From contig CAWKBY010000005.1 of the NCBI GenBank assembly GCA_963848025.1, positions 154,154 through 218,153 on the forward strand: a stretch of 64,000 nucleotides of DNA, read 5' to 3'. The position numbers were made by a program, and so were the translations under genes. A model generated the notes under the pieces. That model searched no databases. It saw only the letters and a list, made by a program, of their open reading frames with translations, and was not told where the DNA came from. How positions within the stretch are numbered: position 1 is the stretch's first letter; every line of letters begins with the position of its first letter. This document shows positions 63,001 through 64,000 of this stretch, in pieces. This stretch comes from an uncultured Actinomycetota bacterium. Its GTDB lineage: Bacteria > Actinomycetota > Actinomycetes > Propionibacteriales > Nocardioidaceae.

Positions 63001-64000
63001 GCCCATCCACTCCTCGAGCAGCGCGGTGATGATCCGCAGGTCGGCCGCGGTGCGCTGTTGGGCGAGGAAGATCCGGAAGACCGCCTCCTCCAGCTCGGGG
63101 GTGCGGGTGAGGTCGGGCACGCCGTAGTGGGCCAGCACCAGCTCCAGCCGCTCGCGGTAGGCGTCGGGAAGCCCGGCACGGTCGGCGTCGAGGGACTGGA
63201 GGTAGGCGTGGAAGTGCTCGCGCGAGCTGTGGACCCGCAGCTCGGTGTGGGCGTCCTCGCCGGCCGGCCGGTTGCGGCTCAGCTCGGCCACGTCGGCGAA
63301 GAGGCTGACCAGCGGCAGCTCGGCCGCGACCATGTCGACCCCGCCGCCGCGCAGCGTCTCGCGGGCGGCGAGGTAGTCGGTGAGCGCCCCGGACTCGCTG
63401 GTGGTGGCGTCGAACCCCATGAGCACTGCCGACAGCTCGGCCCGCAGCCGCTCGGCGCGGTCCTCCGGGGTCTCGTACGACGGCGGGTCGGGGAGCTCGA
63501 GGCCGGGCCCCGAGTGGCTCGCCGCGACCTCCTCCTCGTCGCCATCGGCGGTGGGCTCCAGCCGGATCAGCGGTGCGCCGGTCTCGACCTGGCTGCCGGT
63601 CATCACCAGCAGCTCCTTGACCGTCGCGTCGAACGGCGCCGGCAGGACGGTCTCCATCTTCATCGACTCCAGCACCAGCACCGGCTGGCCCGCCTCGACG
63701 ACGTCGCCGACGCCGATCGGGGTGGCGACCACCAGGGCGGGCGCGGGCGATCGCAGCACGCCACCCTCGTCGCGGGTGACCCGGTGGGCCACCCCGTCGA
63801 CCTCGACCATGTGGACGGGACCCTGGGACGCCGTGACGATCCGGAACGTCCGGCCGCCCACGACGAGCCGTGCGTGGAAGTCGTCGAGCCGCTCCAAGGA
63901 GGCCTCGGCGGCGCGCTGTTCGCCCCCGGCCGCGATGGTCACCCGATAGCGGCTCGGGCCGCTCTGCACCACCGTGACGGCGTACGTCGCTCCACGGAGC
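60019..64000 (-). CDS. Fused acyl-CoA carboxylase (biotin carboxyl-carrier and carboxyltransferase domains; biotin carboxylase part lies beyond the right edge)
   Basis: The frame stays open to position 64000. The biotinyl site is VLVLESMKMETVL, followed by a long linker and two carboxyltransferase halves (GGARISMDSG..., LANLSGFDGSPESMRRLQLEYGAEIGRA). Confidence 0.88.
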   Translation of the reverse strand, partial: LRGATYAVTVVQSGPSRYRVTIAAGGEQRAAEASLERLDDFHARLVVGGRTFRIVTASQGPVHMVEVDGVAHRVTRDEGGVLRSPAPALVVATPIGVGDVVEAGQPVLVLESMKMETVLPAPFDATVKELLVMTGSQVETGAPLIRLEPTADGDEEEVAASHSGPGLELPDPPSYETPEDRAERLRAELSAVLMGFDATTSESGALTDYLAARETLRGGGVDMVAAELPLVSLFADVAELSRNRPAGEDAHTELRVHSSREHFHAYLQSLDADRAGLPDAYRERLELVLAHYGVPDLTRTPELEEAVFRIFLAQQRTAADLRIITALLEEWMGDPPPADGGAHVAREELERLVRATQLRFPVVGDLARSVRFRWFDQPQVDAERDQVLAGVAAEVADLAAHPDAPDRAARIDALAAIPEQIVGFLCQRLAGGIPEREPLLEVMVRRHYLEFDLHDVRCVQTGGRTFAVADYALEGQPTRIVCTLGTVAELGDATGELHRAVAGQLAERATGDEAVVELYLTWDDRPEGPDEASARLAAMLEATSWLADVRRVAVAVCTPDRDVSYYTLRWDDDGTGLAEDVRVRGVHPMVGRRLNLWRLRDFEVTRLDAPEDVLLFDCVARSNPTDRRLVAMSQVRQLAVVRDEEGRVIGLPHAERAVENCLEAIRRARTSLAGPGVGFDMNHVWVQVWPVVEADLEQLTALQGKITPLSEGAGLEEVVAQGRIMGPDGTAGPIAIRFHARPGTGVRAEIEAPTTEPLKPLDDYAGKVLRARRRGLVYPYELREVLAGPGGSLVEHDLDDIGTLVPVDREPGLNKAGILCAVVTTPIASYPEGITRVLLCGDPTKALGAVSEPECSRIIAALDLAESLGVPLEWFALSAGARISMDSGTENMDWVAAALKRIVDFTQAGGEINVVVAGINVGAQPYWNAEATMLMHTKGILVMTPDSAMVLTGKQSLDFSGGVSAEDNYGIGGYDRVMGPNGQAQYWAPDLAAAFAVLMGHYEHTYVAPGELRPRRSATDDPADRDVTLSPHASVGSDFATLGEIFSAQTNPDRKKGFDIRTVMRAVADQDHPTLERWAGMADAETAVVLDARLGGHSVCLLGIESRPVPRRGFPPTDGPDTYTAGTLFPRSSKKTARAINAASGRQPLVVLANLSGFDGSPESMRRLQLEYGAEIGRAIVNFDGPIVFVVISRYHGGAFVVFSKRLNERMTVLAVEGSFASVIGGAPAAAVVFAGEVDKRTAGDPRVTALEEQIAAATGTERSVLQVELAELRASVRAERISEVAREFDGVHDIHRAVAVGSVDEVIAARDLRPKIISVLERELA

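Overview
Very GC-rich actinobacterial chromosomal core DNA; the organism guess (Nocardioides/Propionibacteriales-like) is unverified. Most of the window is ordinary housekeeping sequence and I found no defence island, CRISPR array, prophage or biosynthetic cluster. From left to right it holds: (i) the 5' end of an IS110-family transposase and a DUF222/HNH gene. (ii) A long minus-strand block in the order known from Mycobacterium tuberculosis Rv1292-Rv1312: argS-lysA-hom-thrC-thrB-rho-rpmE-prfA-prmC-sua5-wecA-atpI-atpBEFHAGDC-DUF2550. (iii) tRNA-Arg(CCG) and a small SHOCT/PLD_N gene trio, followed by an LCP gene and a lipoprotein gene. (iv) kgd, oxidoreductases, malic enzyme, the Ni-SOD pair sodX/sodN and an acyl-CoA ligase. 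(v) A regulator-rich segment syntenic with Mtb Rv3219-Rv3228. It contains an anti-sigma/SigF-like pair, whiB1-like, pdtaS-like, a 24-codon bL37 gene, sigH-rshA, an ECF sigma/anti-sigma fusion, aroA and rsgA. (vi) hisN, CBS, FKBP, S4, DUF445, a TagD-like gene, a secreted HExxH protease, a ceramidase-like membrane protein and the 3' two-thirds of a fused acyl-CoA carboxylase. Five observations deserve a second look. (1) A contiguous ~6.7 kb patch (about 16.97-23.68 kb) in which six consecutive essential genes carry many single-base frame changes; this is most likely a consensus or polishing artefact. (2) Three exact GGAAT-N18-GTT SigR/SigH-type promoters, upstream of rpmE, the whiB1-like gene and sigH. 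(3) Two inverted arrays of exact 22-bp tandem repeats bracketing the bL37 micro-gene. (4) An ECF sigma/anti-sigma fusion protein carrying 18 perfect 18-bp in-frame repeats. (5) A 560-bp gene-free, structured region upstream of the anti-sigma/SigF-like operon. The many long antisense ORFs in the track are GC-composition artefacts.
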